Virus record (IMG/VR): IMGVR_UViG_3300020435_000116
Location: 1-64,000 of that record
Reading direction: 5' to 3' (one strand)
Origin: an uncultured virus (IMG/VR IMGVR_UViG_3300020435_000116)
Taxonomy: Duplodnaviria > Heunggongvirae > Uroviricota > Caudoviricetes
Length of the DNA: 64,000 nucleotides
Shown: piece by piece, positions 26,889 through 37,476 of the stretch
Position numbering within the stretch: position 1 is the first letter of the stretch
How the letters are laid out: every line of letters begins with the position of its first letter
Program-made: the position numbers and the translations under genes
Notes under the pieces: generated by a model
Told to the model about the DNA's origin: nothing
Seen by the model: the letters and a program-made list of their open reading frames with translations, nothing else
Databases searched by the model: none

Positions 26889-29792
26889 ATGACTAACTTA
26901 GCCAATCGGCTCCCCGATAGTCAACCACCTCTGTCGGCCGCTGCATTTAATGCACGACGTGACATCAACCGCGACAAGTACGCTGCGTCAGGCTACATAG
27001 AGCCAGGTAAATCTTTAGGTATTGAACCCACGCTGACCAGGTCTAACGGTGGTGGTCTATGGACATCTAATAACATAACCCAGGCTATTAGATTAGGTAG
27101 ACCCTACGCGGATGGCTATGGTGATGGTGATAGTGAGAACACCATTTACCATGTGGATGGGATAATAATCCATCTTTGCGGTATAAATTGGTCTACAGAA
27201 GAAAACAATCATGTCCTATTGCCGCCTGCGCCAATGGCCTATCCTGAAGCTAGTACTATCACTACCCAAGATTATAAACAGGGTGACCATGTTGTTGTAG
27301 GCAACAACATCTACGTCTGCATTCACCCTGACGGGTCAACTGCTGGCGTCGCGCTTACGGACGATACGTATTACGAAGTAAGGGATGTAGTATCTCGTGA
27401 AGATCTAGTAGGGATGGAAGTATTCCTAGTAGAGCTGAGCAAAGATGATGTAGATGCCGTATATCCTTACGGTAACGTTCATTATACACCGACAACGTGG
27501 AAGCGTCAGACTTTATATTCTTCAGTAATGCCACAAACATACAGCGCATTTTACACTGGGGATACTGCTACCATAGGTCGTGGTATGAAATGGTCCACCA
27601 TGACGCCAGAAGAACGTAACTGGTGGGCTAGTGATCCAGTTAACAACATCTATGTTGAGGATGGCAAGTATTACCAGTGGCAGTATCGCCTCCGTTCAGT
27701 ACCATCTCGCGGTGGATTTTGGAAAAATGCGTGCGCTTGGGATACAACTGTTTCAGCTATCGCTGATGGTAGAGACTTTGTACCTGAAAACCCAACTCAC
27801 CGCTATTATGCTCCGCAAGGTAAGTTAGAAGAAGCAGGTCCTTACTTTCTTACAGTGGACGAAGGTTACCCATTTAACTACATGCTGACTACGCAGCATT
27901 TTTCATTCCCTAAAGAAACCACTCTAGGTGTTGCAGCAAGTAATTCAGAATACGTGACTGTCGAACAACAGAAATTGTCTGCCAATGGTAGAGTTTATCA
28001 CGTAGGTTTAGCAAGAGTAACGCGTTTGAATATGGGAGGTTACCACCCATTTTACAACCCCACAGGTACGCGTACTTTTCGACGTCAGGATATAAACGGT
28101 GATAACCGTTGGGAAAATATTAATACATTCCAGCCTAAATCGGTAGCGGATTGTTTTAAAATCGGACCAACTGCTCAATCTGAAGGTATATACGAACATT
28201 CTGGGTTTAAAATTAGCGCCCGCAGTGGACATCCCCAGGACTATCGTCACGATAACATCTACGATTGGCAGGTTAAAGATCTCCGTATGTCAGCACACGG
28301 CATAGACATCACTGCAGATGAGTTTGCTAGAAAACTACTTAGCACACATCACCGAGGGTGGGAGAGGTCTATGATGATGAAAATCACCCAAGGCGTAATC
28401 TCTACTAAGGGCGTCAATAGACTTACATTAGATATCAACGTGTTACCCGACCACGACGGCGTTGAACCTACCGCATATATAGGAGGATGTTGGCTGTATA
28501 ATAAAACTAAAGGTGAAGTATTTAGTTTTACTGCCAATGTTGATGGTAATGGAAACGAGCTGTTCTTCACGAACCATGTCGAAGTAAATCCCGAAATATT
28601 AGACCAGCCTTATGGTTATTATAGCGACGGATCCCATATCAACAGCTGGGAAGTAGGCGATGAGGTTGTTGCTATTAATTTCAAGCGAATTCGTCACTAT
28701 GGTAATCGTTTAGAAAAGATTGACTTAATCTGCACACCTGAGAAACTAGTAGAGACGTTCGAGTATTTTAACGTAGATCGGGTAGTTGGCATGAGTTGGA
28801 TACCTGAAATGCTAGGTTCTAATGGTAATGATGGGGTTGTTTGTAAAGCTAGACGTCATGTTCAAAACGCACTACCTATGCTGAAGAGCGACAATGCAGG
28901 TAGCTATTGGACATTAAATGGTTATTCTAGCTACCTGCAGGGGTTTAGATCCCCCGCTAATGCAGCAACTATTGTAAATCCAGCGACTGATGTCTTGATG
29001 TTGATGTATAACACTCCCGCCTCATCGCTATATCATACGGGTACCGGTTTAGGGTTGTTAGATGGCGAGTATGGAGCTGTACATTATACAGGAATATATA
29101 AGGTAGAAGAGGGGGGGTCGCTTTGCTATAACCTAACCGGTAAAATCACAACTGGAGACACAAACCCTCAATCGATTTCATACGAACTGATCAGAAATGG
29201 AATGGGGTATAATGACGCCTTCAATTTCGACTACCCGGAGTCTGGTCTTTATGGGTCTATATTCCATACGGACATTACTATCAGAGATACTGATGAAGAC
29301 GGCGTGAAGTTTTCGCCATTTTTAACCTACGACCGTAACGCTGGTACGATATACGGGCAGGGTTTCTTTAAAGAAGTTCGTAACGTGTACCGTGATGACG
29401 TGTTAACAGTTATCGACCTAAGTGAATCGAACGTTACAGTCAATGTAACGAAGGGTGAGCGCTTCATGATGGTAAATTCGTCTACATCTGGGATAGCTAA
29501 CGTGCCATTAGTTGCACTACGCGATACTAATGTTACTGTTCCTGCAGCGCACTTCGATGGGTGGCAGATCGGTATCGATGATGGGCGTGTTTATAGGAAG
29601 GATGGATATTTTTGGGATATAGCAGCCGTTGACCCTGTTTCAAAGAGTGGCGATGATAGTATACTATCTAACGCACAACACCTAAGGTTAGGTGAGGATC
29701 TTAATGGGAATATAATCACATACGGATCTTTTAGAACTGACGAAATTCTCGGTTTTGTACCTAGACATAAACGTCGTAAATCAATCGTTTAA
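26889..29792 (+). CDS. Large tail-fibre/receptor-binding protein, paralogue 1 of 3
   Basis: 967 aa. Shares LPPAPMA, VSREDLVGMEVFLVE, YQWQYR.RSVPS, A.VTRLN.G.YHP and GCWLYN.TK with the next two genes. Located in the fibre locus. Confidence 0.65.
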   Translation: MTNLANRLPDSQPPLSAAAFNARRDINRDKYAASGYIEPGKSLGIEPTLTRSNGGGLWTSNNITQAIRLGRPYADGYGDGDSENTIYHVDGIIIHLCGINWSTEENNHVLLPPAPMAYPEASTITTQDYKQGDHVVVGNNIYVCIHPDGSTAGVALTDDTYYEVRDVVSREDLVGMEVFLVELSKDDVDAVYPYGNVHYTPTTWKRQTLYSSVMPQTYSAFYTGDTATIGRGMKWSTMTPEERNWWASDPVNNIYVEDGKYYQWQYRLRSVPSRGGFWKNACAWDTTVSAIADGRDFVPENPTHRYYAPQGKLEEAGPYFLTVDEGYPFNYMLTTQHFSFPKETTLGVAASNSEYVTVEQQKLSANGRVYHVGLARVTRLNMGGYHPFYNPTGTRTFRRQDINGDNRWENINTFQPKSVADCFKIGPTAQSEGIYEHSGFKISARSGHPQDYRHDNIYDWQVKDLRMSAHGIDITADEFARKLLSTHHRGWERSMMMKITQGVISTKGVNRLTLDINVLPDHDGVEPTAYIGGCWLYNKTKGEVFSFTANVDGNGNELFFTNHVEVNPEILDQPYGYYSDGSHINSWEVGDEVVAINFKRIRHYGNRLEKIDLICTPEKLVETFEYFNVDRVVGMSWIPEMLGSNGNDGVVCKARRHVQNALPMLKSDNAGSYWTLNGYSSYLQGFRSPANAATIVNPATDVLMLMYNTPASSLYHTGTGLGLLDGEYGAVHYTGIYKVEEGGSLCYNLTGKITTGDTNPQSISYELIRNGMGYNDAFNFDYPESGLYGSIFHTDITIRDTDEDGVKFSPFLTYDRNAGTIYGQGFFKEVRNVYRDDVLTVIDLSESNVTVNVTKGERFMMVNSSTSGIANVPLVALRDTNVTVPAAHFDGWQIGIDDGRVYRKDGYFWDIAAVDPVSKSGDDSILSNAQHLRLGEDLNGNIITYGSFRTDEILGFVPRHKRRKSIV
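27279..27346 (+). repeat. 68-bp exact direct repeat shared with 30250-30317
   Basis: cagggtgaccatgttgttgtagg...gggtcaactgctgg is identical in paralogues 1 and 2. Confidence 0.95.
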
Positions 29793-29829
29793 TTATAAGG
29801 GGCTAACGCCCCTTAACGGAGAATTAGCA

Positions 29830-32730
29830 ATGACAGATATAGCTAATAGAGTTCCAGGTGTGCTTAGATCACTATCTAAGGCACAGTTTGAAGCTAACCG
29901 TGAACATAACAGAGGTATTTTTGCCTCTAGCGGTTACATAGAGCCAGGACGCCATTGGGATAATACTGATTATGTAATGGGTGAGGGTCTGTTTACTTTC
30001 TCTTCATCTGTATATGACAGCCTATACATGGGGCGTAGTACTTTTCAAACAGGCGGTGGCGGTGTTAGTGAATCGGATTATCCTATTTTTAACATTGACG
30101 GTATTGTAGTCCACCTTAGAGGCACTAACCATGATACAAGCTATCATGAGAGTTACGATGAGGTTAAATACGACACTAACCGTATTCTACTACCACCTGC
30201 ACCTATGGCCACACCCGAGTTAAGTACAACGACTACTAAGGACTACCAGCAGGGTGACCATGTTGTTGTAGGCAACAACATCTACGTCTGCATTCACCCT
30301 GACGGGTCAACTGCTGGTTCTAGTTTAACAAACACTACACTTTTTGAAACCCGCGATATGGTATCTCGTGAAGATCTAGTAGGAATGGAAGTATTCCTAG
30401 TAGAGCTGAAACAGGGTAAAGTTAATGTAGTTTACCCTTATGGTAATGTTCAAAATGGTGAAAAAGATTGGAACGGATTTGATCTTCAAAATGATTTAAT
30501 GCATGAAGATTATTCAAAATTCGGAAGCTGGCAGGAAAGCTGGCCAGTGGATCAATTTACCCACGAGGGTGTCGATGTTACCCGAGTAAATGGACCTGGT
30601 TTTGGTGTCCGTTGGAGTGATCTTACTGCAGAAGAGCGAAATGTGTGGATGGCCGATCCTGATAATAACATCTACGAAGAAGATGGTAGATATTACCAGT
30701 GGCAGTATCGTATACGTTCAGTACCATCGTTAGGTCAACAGTGGAAATGGTCTACGGTAGAAGATGCGTATACCGCTACTTTTATCAGTGCTGCAGACTA
30801 TGATGTCGGTGGGGTTTTGCAATTTCAAGGTTATTCTCTATATACTACTCAATATAGGTTGACTGGGGGTAGACGTGTGTTAACTCCTAGAAATTCTTAT
30901 TCTGAGAAAGCACCTGGAATATGGTCACTTAATAGCTTTTCATCAGCCGGAATGAGTGAAGGGGCTTGTTACTTCTTACCAATTGCAAAAGTTACACGTC
31001 TTAACCAGGGTGGTTATCATCCTGTTTATAACCCATTGGGCACGGCAACGTTCAGAAAACAAACTGAAAATTCAGATAACCCGTGGTATATTGATGGGGT
31101 GTATTTACCAGAATCAATAGCGGATTGTTTTAAAATAGCTACAGGTCCCCAGGAAGAAGGCATCTACCCTAATTCTGGAACACATGTGTCTGGTAAGAGT
31201 GGTCACCCTCTTCAATACGTGCATGATATAATACGTGCAGATATGGTTGACGATTTACGCTTACCTGCCATCGGCGCGGGTATTGACGTAGAAGACCTAG
31301 CCTACGATTATGTATTCGGCAAGGTCAGGGGTTGGGAGCCGTTGAAGTTAATGAATGTATTTAAATCTACAATTGAGACTGTAGATAGCAATGCTCAAAT
31401 AACATTACTTGACGCTCCTGATAACGAATTTAGAACCGGTTGTTGGTTATATAACGTTACTAAAGACCTTCTTCAGCCAGGTATTCGTTACGATAATTCT
31501 AATTCGTACTGGTCTATTGATAAATCAATAGACCCTCAGACAATCTTAGGACAGTGGGGTTCAAGTGGTAATGTTAACCATTTTATAACAGATGGTTGGG
31601 AGGTAAATGACGAGGTAATCGTTATATCCTTTAAAGAGTCCGATGTTTCTATGCAACGACATATCACCACTGATGTAATAGCAACACCGCAGAAGCTTTT
31701 AGATTTATTATTATCATACGGCGTCACAACCGTACCCTGTATGGATTGGATTCCTTCCATACCAGATAATACATCTAAAGAATATAAAGGTCGTAGAAAG
31801 ATAGAACGTACATCTAGTAGTCTACTAATTACTGATAATCTAGGTGAAAACTGGCTTACTAGTACTTCTTATCTAGGACGTTATATTGGTTTTTCAAACA
31901 GCTCTATGCACGTGGTCCCTGAAAACCAAATTCAACTTCTACAATACCGATCGTCGGCATCTGTGGTTAAAAGAGCATCTCTTTTTAATGGCAGTACTCG
32001 AAGATTACCTTTCGCCAATGCTGCTATAAGTGGTATTTGGGCTACAACTTCAGCAGATATTAAGAAGGGGGGTTTAGTTAATTACTCACTTACCGGTCAG
32101 GTTCCAGTGGGTGATGGTTCTGATCCTTTAAGATATCGTCGAGAACGCATAGGTCTACTACATACACGTGATGGTTACGTGTTAGATGGTACGTGGACTC
32201 AAGATCTTGCACATGCGGAGCTGGATTCGTTAGACCCGTCTAACGGTGTTAAATTCCACGTGAGCTTGGGACACCAAACCAAGAATAACTTGATCTATCC
32301 ACAATTGACGTTCAAACAGCTGTATTACGAAACAGGTGATAAACCAGTTACCATAATAGATTTGTCTACACCACAAACTGTTAATTTGGAGATTGGTGAG
32401 CATTTTAAACTGATTAACAATCGAAATAGTTTCATCGAGGGGTTGGTCTTGGCGACACGACAAACAATAACCAATCAAACATGGGGTGAAGCCAGTTTTG
32501 ATCTACATCGTGTTAATTACGATGATGGTAATATCTATCGTGAAGATGGTTCTTTTGTAGGGCAGTTTGAACTAGCACCTATCACCAGACATGGTGATGA
32601 TGGTGAGTTTGAAGGGCATTCGACTTCAAACGTTGCTTTTGATAAAGACCTCAATGGTAATACAGTAGCGTATGGTGTAGTGTTAGGGACAAAACCTATC
32701 GGTTTCTTACCTAAAACCTACCGTAGATAA
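29830..32730 (+). CDS. Large tail-fibre/receptor-binding protein, paralogue 2 of 3
   Basis: Start moved to ATG 29830 (MTDIANR) on the basis of the GGAG RBS and homology to the paralogue 1 N-terminus. Confidence 0.65.
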   Translation: MTDIANRVPGVLRSLSKAQFEANREHNRGIFASSGYIEPGRHWDNTDYVMGEGLFTFSSSVYDSLYMGRSTFQTGGGGVSESDYPIFNIDGIVVHLRGTNHDTSYHESYDEVKYDTNRILLPPAPMATPELSTTTTKDYQQGDHVVVGNNIYVCIHPDGSTAGSSLTNTTLFETRDMVSREDLVGMEVFLVELKQGKVNVVYPYGNVQNGEKDWNGFDLQNDLMHEDYSKFGSWQESWPVDQFTHEGVDVTRVNGPGFGVRWSDLTAEERNVWMADPDNNIYEEDGRYYQWQYRIRSVPSLGQQWKWSTVEDAYTATFISAADYDVGGVLQFQGYSLYTTQYRLTGGRRVLTPRNSYSEKAPGIWSLNSFSSAGMSEGACYFLPIAKVTRLNQGGYHPVYNPLGTATFRKQTENSDNPWYIDGVYLPESIADCFKIATGPQEEGIYPNSGTHVSGKSGHPLQYVHDIIRADMVDDLRLPAIGAGIDVEDLAYDYVFGKVRGWEPLKLMNVFKSTIETVDSNAQITLLDAPDNEFRTGCWLYNVTKDLLQPGIRYDNSNSYWSIDKSIDPQTILGQWGSSGNVNHFITDGWEVNDEVIVISFKESDVSMQRHITTDVIATPQKLLDLLLSYGVTTVPCMDWIPSIPDNTSKEYKGRRKIERTSSSLLITDNLGENWLTSTSYLGRYIGFSNSSMHVVPENQIQLLQYRSSASVVKRASLFNGSTRRLPFANAAISGIWATTSADIKKGGLVNYSLTGQVPVGDGSDPLRYRRERIGLLHTRDGYVLDGTWTQDLAHAELDSLDPSNGVKFHVSLGHQTKNNLIYPQLTFKQLYYETGDKPVTIIDLSTPQTVNLEIGEHFKLINNRNSFIEGLVLATRQTITNQTWGEASFDLHRVNYDDGNIYREDGSFVGQFELAPITRHGDDGEFEGHSTSNVAFDKDLNGNTVAYGVVLGTKPIGFLPKTYRR
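30250..30317 (+). repeat. 68-bp exact direct repeat shared with 27279-27346
   Basis: Direct sequence comparison. Confidence 0.95.
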
Positions 32731-32774
32731 TGGATATGGGGGTCACGGCCCCCAATACCTGGAGTAATTTAAAA

Positions 32775-35618
32775 ATGATAAACTTAGCAGAACTGTTACC
32801 TTCATCGGGTAAAGGCATGACTGTTTCAGAGTTTGAATCTTTACGTGAAATGCGAAGACGTACGTTTGCAGTTTCTGGATTTATACATCCAGGGATGCAC
32901 TACGAGGAAGATGTTAATAATGTTGCTGTAAATACAGGAATATGGTGCACAATTAACGGCGGGTTACCCAATGCATTTAGAATGGGTAGAAGCACAAGCG
33001 ATGGTAATAACCGTGGGGATAGTGAGACGGAGCACCCTGTCTACAATATAGACGGCCTTAGAATCGTTCAAAATTTAACTGGCGCGTCATCTCGAAACTC
33101 TATCTACCTTCCACCGGCTCCGATGGCCGAAGTAGAGGCAAGTACGACTACATCTCGCGATTATAAACCTGGCGACCATGTAATAAACAATAATAATATT
33201 TACATTACTGTAAGCGACGCACCATCAGGTATGCTATTGTCAGATGTTACCTACTTTAAACCAGTAGATATGGTATCTCGTGAAGATCTAGTAGGGATGG
33301 AAGTATTCCTAGTAGAAATAGGGAATGAGGGAGGTCAGATACCTGCTGTTTTTCCTTTAGGTAATGTCCAATATAACGGCAATACTAGCGGAACAAAGAA
33401 TTACACCGATGGTGTAATGCCTCAGAGCTATAGTGCTTTTGGTTCGTGGGATACCGTGACGTGGGGCCGTGGGTTTACATGGGATAAGATGAGCGAAGAG
33501 CACAAAACAAAGTTTATCAACGACCCTGATAATAACGTATATTTGGACGGCGACCGTGTTTATCAATGGCAGTATCGTATACGTTCAGTACCATCAATTG
33601 GTGATGATTGGCGCTTTACAAGCGGTTATGATGATGCGGCAACGTCCTATGTAAGGACTAGCGGTGACGTTTCTCTTGTAAGGCTGAGTGCCCAAGGCTC
33701 ATCAATTCCGGTCGTTGAGGTGAATTCTGGTCGTCATTTTTACCAGATTAATTCCCAAGAACGAGTAGGTAATGTTGACCCGGGTCTTGCCATTACCAAT
33801 CCTAAGTTCACATCTAACAATGCAATAGGTAGTATATTTTGGATGCCTATTGCAAAAGTTACACGCCTTAACCAGGGTGCTTATCACCCCGCCTTTAATC
33901 CATTAGGTACTAAACTTCATGCAACAGCTAATGGTGGGGATTTTTATTCACAAAGCGCTGTTTTGAAGAGGGCGGAGTCTATTGCTGATTGTTTCCAATA
34001 CAATAGTGATGGCGGGTCACTGATAGACGGTGGGTATGGTGGTAATATTCAACATGGATTCTCTGGTCATCCATTAGGGTATACGCACGATAACATCTAC
34101 GACTGGCAGATGCAGGATCTTCGCACAGACGCCCAAGGTATCAATATAGATGCTAACGCGTTTGGTAAAGATCTACTAGGCAATCGAACTCGTGGGTGGG
34201 AATATATCAAGTCGTTGGAGATATTTAGAACTACCATCGATGCCGTTTCTGAAACACTTCCAGATCTTAACATGACATTACCTAGAGATGGTGGGGATTT
34301 AGTAGGCGGGTGTTGGTTGTATAACGTCACCAAGGGCGAATATAGTCCGGCTGTGAAGTTTAACAACACCACGGAACCTACGCTTTTTTACCCTACTAAC
34401 TCATACACCAACCCGTTGATATTTGAAGGGGCGAGCTACACGTCTAGTTCTAGAGCGCTTACCGGCAATAACCCTACATCGTTAACAACATCATGGGAAG
34501 TAGGCGATGAGGTTATTGTCTTATTTAGTAAGAGAACAAAATACTCGCTTGCACAGCTTCCTACACTGGATGTAATGGCAAGACCGGATGTGTTGGCGGA
34601 CTATTATGATTCTATGAATCTAAATGCAGTAGTAGGTTTAAACTGGAACCCTATGTTACCTGATGGGACGATGCAGACAGTCGAATTGACTAGAAAATCA
34701 TTGAAATTAGGTGATCGAGTTAAGCGTACTCAAAACTTTGGCGACACGTGGGTGCATGATACATCTTTCCGTTTAGACTTTAACGGCGCGGAAAACAGTG
34801 CACCGTATAACCCGCCAGCTGATATGATAGTATTTGTAGATTATCAGCATTTGGGTAAAGTTTTAGAACCTACCCACCATCAACGTGCGGGATCTTTAGC
34901 TACGATTAAAATTGGTGATGTCTTTGCAACTGTTTCTGATAATAACGCTCCGCTTATTTACAATCTGACAGGTAAACTTGGTAAAGAAACTAACCAGGCT
35001 GCATACGTCAAACATAAGCTAGAGCGAGCAACCTTTACGTTAGATGATGAGTTTGGTGAACTCATCTCTAGTAGTTGGTCAGAAGATGCGATACGTCATA
35101 CTGAGTTATCAATCCCTTGGTATGGAAGATCAGATGGTGTGAAATTGTTACCTTTCTTAAATGTAGATACTGTTACTGGTCTGGTATATGGTCATGTAAC
35201 GTTCAAGGAACTTATACAGGATAGAACGGTCGATAGCACTAATACCGCTACTGTCGATCTAAGCGGTAGCGTCACGCATGGACTGTCCATTGGTGATAAG
35301 TTTGTTATTATTAATTCTAGTAATGAAGCAATTAATAATATTGTCATGATTATGACAGGCACGCCAGATGCGACGTGGGATCATACGTCATTCCACGATT
35401 ACTACATAAACCACGAGGATGGTTCTGTTTACAAAGGTGGTGTAAATACAATCCATCCCACGTTTAGGGTAGACGCTTACTCGCGTTATGGTGATGATAA
35501 TACTATCCAGTATTACCCTAACATTTCTTTCATTAATGATCTTAACATGAAACGTACCCTGCGTGGATTAGTTAGATTACCTAGACCGCTTGGTTTTTTA
35601 CCTAAGGAGAAACGCTAA
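32775..35618 (+). CDS. Large tail-fibre/receptor-binding protein, paralogue 3 of 3
   Basis: Start moved to ATG 32775 (MINLAE) after GGAG. Same conserved blocks and C-terminal GFLPK. Confidence 0.65.
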   Translation: MINLAELLPSSGKGMTVSEFESLREMRRRTFAVSGFIHPGMHYEEDVNNVAVNTGIWCTINGGLPNAFRMGRSTSDGNNRGDSETEHPVYNIDGLRIVQNLTGASSRNSIYLPPAPMAEVEASTTTSRDYKPGDHVINNNNIYITVSDAPSGMLLSDVTYFKPVDMVSREDLVGMEVFLVEIGNEGGQIPAVFPLGNVQYNGNTSGTKNYTDGVMPQSYSAFGSWDTVTWGRGFTWDKMSEEHKTKFINDPDNNVYLDGDRVYQWQYRIRSVPSIGDDWRFTSGYDDAATSYVRTSGDVSLVRLSAQGSSIPVVEVNSGRHFYQINSQERVGNVDPGLAITNPKFTSNNAIGSIFWMPIAKVTRLNQGAYHPAFNPLGTKLHATANGGDFYSQSAVLKRAESIADCFQYNSDGGSLIDGGYGGNIQHGFSGHPLGYTHDNIYDWQMQDLRTDAQGINIDANAFGKDLLGNRTRGWEYIKSLEIFRTTIDAVSETLPDLNMTLPRDGGDLVGGCWLYNVTKGEYSPAVKFNNTTEPTLFYPTNSYTNPLIFEGASYTSSSRALTGNNPTSLTTSWEVGDEVIVLFSKRTKYSLAQLPTLDVMARPDVLADYYDSMNLNAVVGLNWNPMLPDGTMQTVELTRKSLKLGDRVKRTQNFGDTWVHDTSFRLDFNGAENSAPYNPPADMIVFVDYQHLGKVLEPTHHQRAGSLATIKIGDVFATVSDNNAPLIYNLTGKLGKETNQAAYVKHKLERATFTLDDEFGELISSSWSEDAIRHTELSIPWYGRSDGVKLLPFLNVDTVTGLVYGHVTFKELIQDRTVDSTNTATVDLSGSVTHGLSIGDKFVIINSSNEAINNIVMIMTGTPDATWDHTSFHDYYINHEDGSVYKGGVNTIHPTFRVDAYSRYGDDNTIQYYPNISFINDLNMKRTLRGLVRLPRPLGFLPKEKR

Positions 35619-36271
35619 TGTTGCGTCCTAATAAACCGGATCTTAGTCAATGGATCCTTGCCCCCGAGACAACGGATGATGACGGCAATGTAGTAGAAGC
35701 TGTATATGAGTTTAGTAAACTCAGTTACGATTTAAATTACATTTACAAATTAATGAGTAACAATGTCAAAGAGGACACGTTGCTAGTAGCTCTTGAGAAT
35801 TATAAAGGACATCTTCAAGACTCCTGGGCGCAACGTTGCATCGCTATTGACAAGCAGAACGATGTAATTGCTAGTAAGAACAAAGCGATTCGCGAGTCTA
35901 ATGCAACGCTGACAGAAGCTCAGGCTGATTTTAAACAACCCGAGCAAGAATATGTCTCATTCCCACCCATGCCTATCATTGAAAATGTCTTAGACTATTT
36001 CAACGGTGATGCTAAGTACGCGACATGGCGTAAACTAAATGCGTTTGAGTTTAATGGTACCATCTGTAGCGTTACTGAAAACGATCAAAACGGTTGGACG
36101 TCTATCGATCGTTTGATTGAACGACGCGAAGCGGCAGGTGCTGAGTGGCAGCCAATTCCATTTAAGAATGAGAATGGTAACACAGTAGTCCTTGCAACGA
36201 AAGAAGAATGGGAAACCTTCTATTTCACTGCATGGGATGCACGTGTTGCGTTCTTTGGCGTAAGCATTTAA
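35618..36271 (+). CDS. Putative tail-fibre assembly protein (DUF4376-like C-terminus)
   Basis: Translationally coupled to paralogue 3. FEFNGTICSVTENDQNG...FKNENGNTV pattern. Confidence 0.5.
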   Translation: MLRPNKPDLSQWILAPETTDDDGNVVEAVYEFSKLSYDLNYIYKLMSNNVKEDTLLVALENYKGHLQDSWAQRCIAIDKQNDVIASKNKAIRESNATLTEAQADFKQPEQEYVSFPPMPIIENVLDYFNGDAKYATWRKLNAFEFNGTICSVTENDQNGWTSIDRLIERREAAGAEWQPIPFKNENGNTVVLATKEEWETFYFTAWDARVAFFGVSI

Positions 36272-36386
36272 ATGCTAACTTTTCGGGGTAGGTGTTAAAA
36301 TCTACCCCTCCATTTACTAAGATACTATGACACGATTGTTATCGTATTTTTAATCCGGGACCCATCCCATCTAGGAGTTTCACCCT

Positions 36387-37379
36387 ATGAGTACAGTCAA
36401 CTCGACTTCAGGCGCGGAAAACGTAGCCATTGATCTTGGTCAGATTCAATTTGACCGTTCAATCACCTCAGGCGCAGCGCCGCTAGCTGCTGACTTGGAA
36501 GAAGGTGCAATTGCACTTAACTTAGTAGATCGCAAGATCTTCACTAAAGACCACGAAGGTAATGTAATCACGCTAGGTCGTGACTACACAGCTGACATCG
36601 CCGCTGCACAAGCTAACGCGATCGCTCAAGCTAATACCTACACCGATAGCCAAATCAATGGTCTTAAAGGTGGCACACTAGCTGCTGACTTAGACACCTT
36701 GTTGAAAATCGGTCAACGTCTTGAAACTGCTGAGTCTAACATTGCTCAAGCGCAACAAGACACTTCTAACCTAACTAAAGCTGACGTTGGTCTAGGTAAC
36801 GTTGAAAACTACGGTATCAGCGACTCAGTTGTAGAACAAAACTCTACTCAATACGCATCATCTATGGCTGCGTATACTGCCCACCAACGTGCGGTTGATG
36901 CTGAAGCAGCAGCGATTGCTTACGCTGATGCAGTTAAGTCTGACATCCTTGGCGGCGCTCCACCAGCCGCGCTTGATACACTTCAAGAACTTGCTGCTGC
37001 ATTGACAGACAACGACAGCGATATCGCTGCTATTACGTCTTCACTTGCAACTAAAGCAAGCATCACTCAGCTTAACGATGGTTTGGATACCAAAGTAGAC
37101 AAAACGTCTATCTCTGATTCAATCACGTCTAACAGCTCAACAAACGTTGCTTCTTCAAATGCAATTCTACTTGCATTGACTGACGCTAAAGCATACGCTG
37201 ATGCTGGTCTTGCACTTAAAGTAGACAAGTCTGCTATCTCTAGTGCAATTGACTCTGTATCTGAAACTAACGTAGCTTCATCTAAAGCAGTTAACGATGC
37301 ACGCCTACAGGCAATTAGCCATGCTAACGGCCTGGTTGCAGACCTAGCTGCTAATCTTGATTATGGTCGCAGTTTCTGA
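36387..37379 (+). CDS. Abundant fibre protein with T4 gp37-like N-terminus and fibre repeats
   Basis: QIQFDRS..GAAP...LEEGAIALNLVDRKIFTKD..GNVITLG, TKADVGLGNV, three IS.S..S.S...ASS.A repeats and GAP.ALDTL.ELA. Codon bias resembles the capsid gene. Confidence 0.8.
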   Translation: MSTVNSTSGAENVAIDLGQIQFDRSITSGAAPLAADLEEGAIALNLVDRKIFTKDHEGNVITLGRDYTADIAAAQANAIAQANTYTDSQINGLKGGTLAADLDTLLKIGQRLETAESNIAQAQQDTSNLTKADVGLGNVENYGISDSVVEQNSTQYASSMAAYTAHQRAVDAEAAAIAYADAVKSDILGGAPPAALDTLQELAAALTDNDSDIAAITSSLATKASITQLNDGLDTKVDKTSISDSITSNSSTNVASSNAILLALTDAKAYADAGLALKVDKSAISSAIDSVSETNVASSKAVNDARLQAISHANGLVADLAANLDYGRSF

Positions 37380-37440
37380 TGCCTATCTTGATTACTACAG
37401 AAATGTAGTTTGAAGTAAAAAAAGAAACATAGTCAGCATG

Positions 37441-37476
37441 ACCATGGGGTTGTAAAGCCCCATGGTTTTATGCCGT
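37441..37476 (+). terminator. Hairpin followed by TTTTATGCCGT
   Basis: accatgggg-ttgtaaag-ccccatggt then tttatgccgt, between convergent genes. Confidence 0.75.

Noticed and set aside
26889..35618. Diversity-generating retroelement explanation for the repeats in the fibre paralogues
   Set aside because: No reverse transcriptase in the window. The repeats lie in conserved coding blocks and their mismatches are synonymous third-position changes, not adenine-specific.
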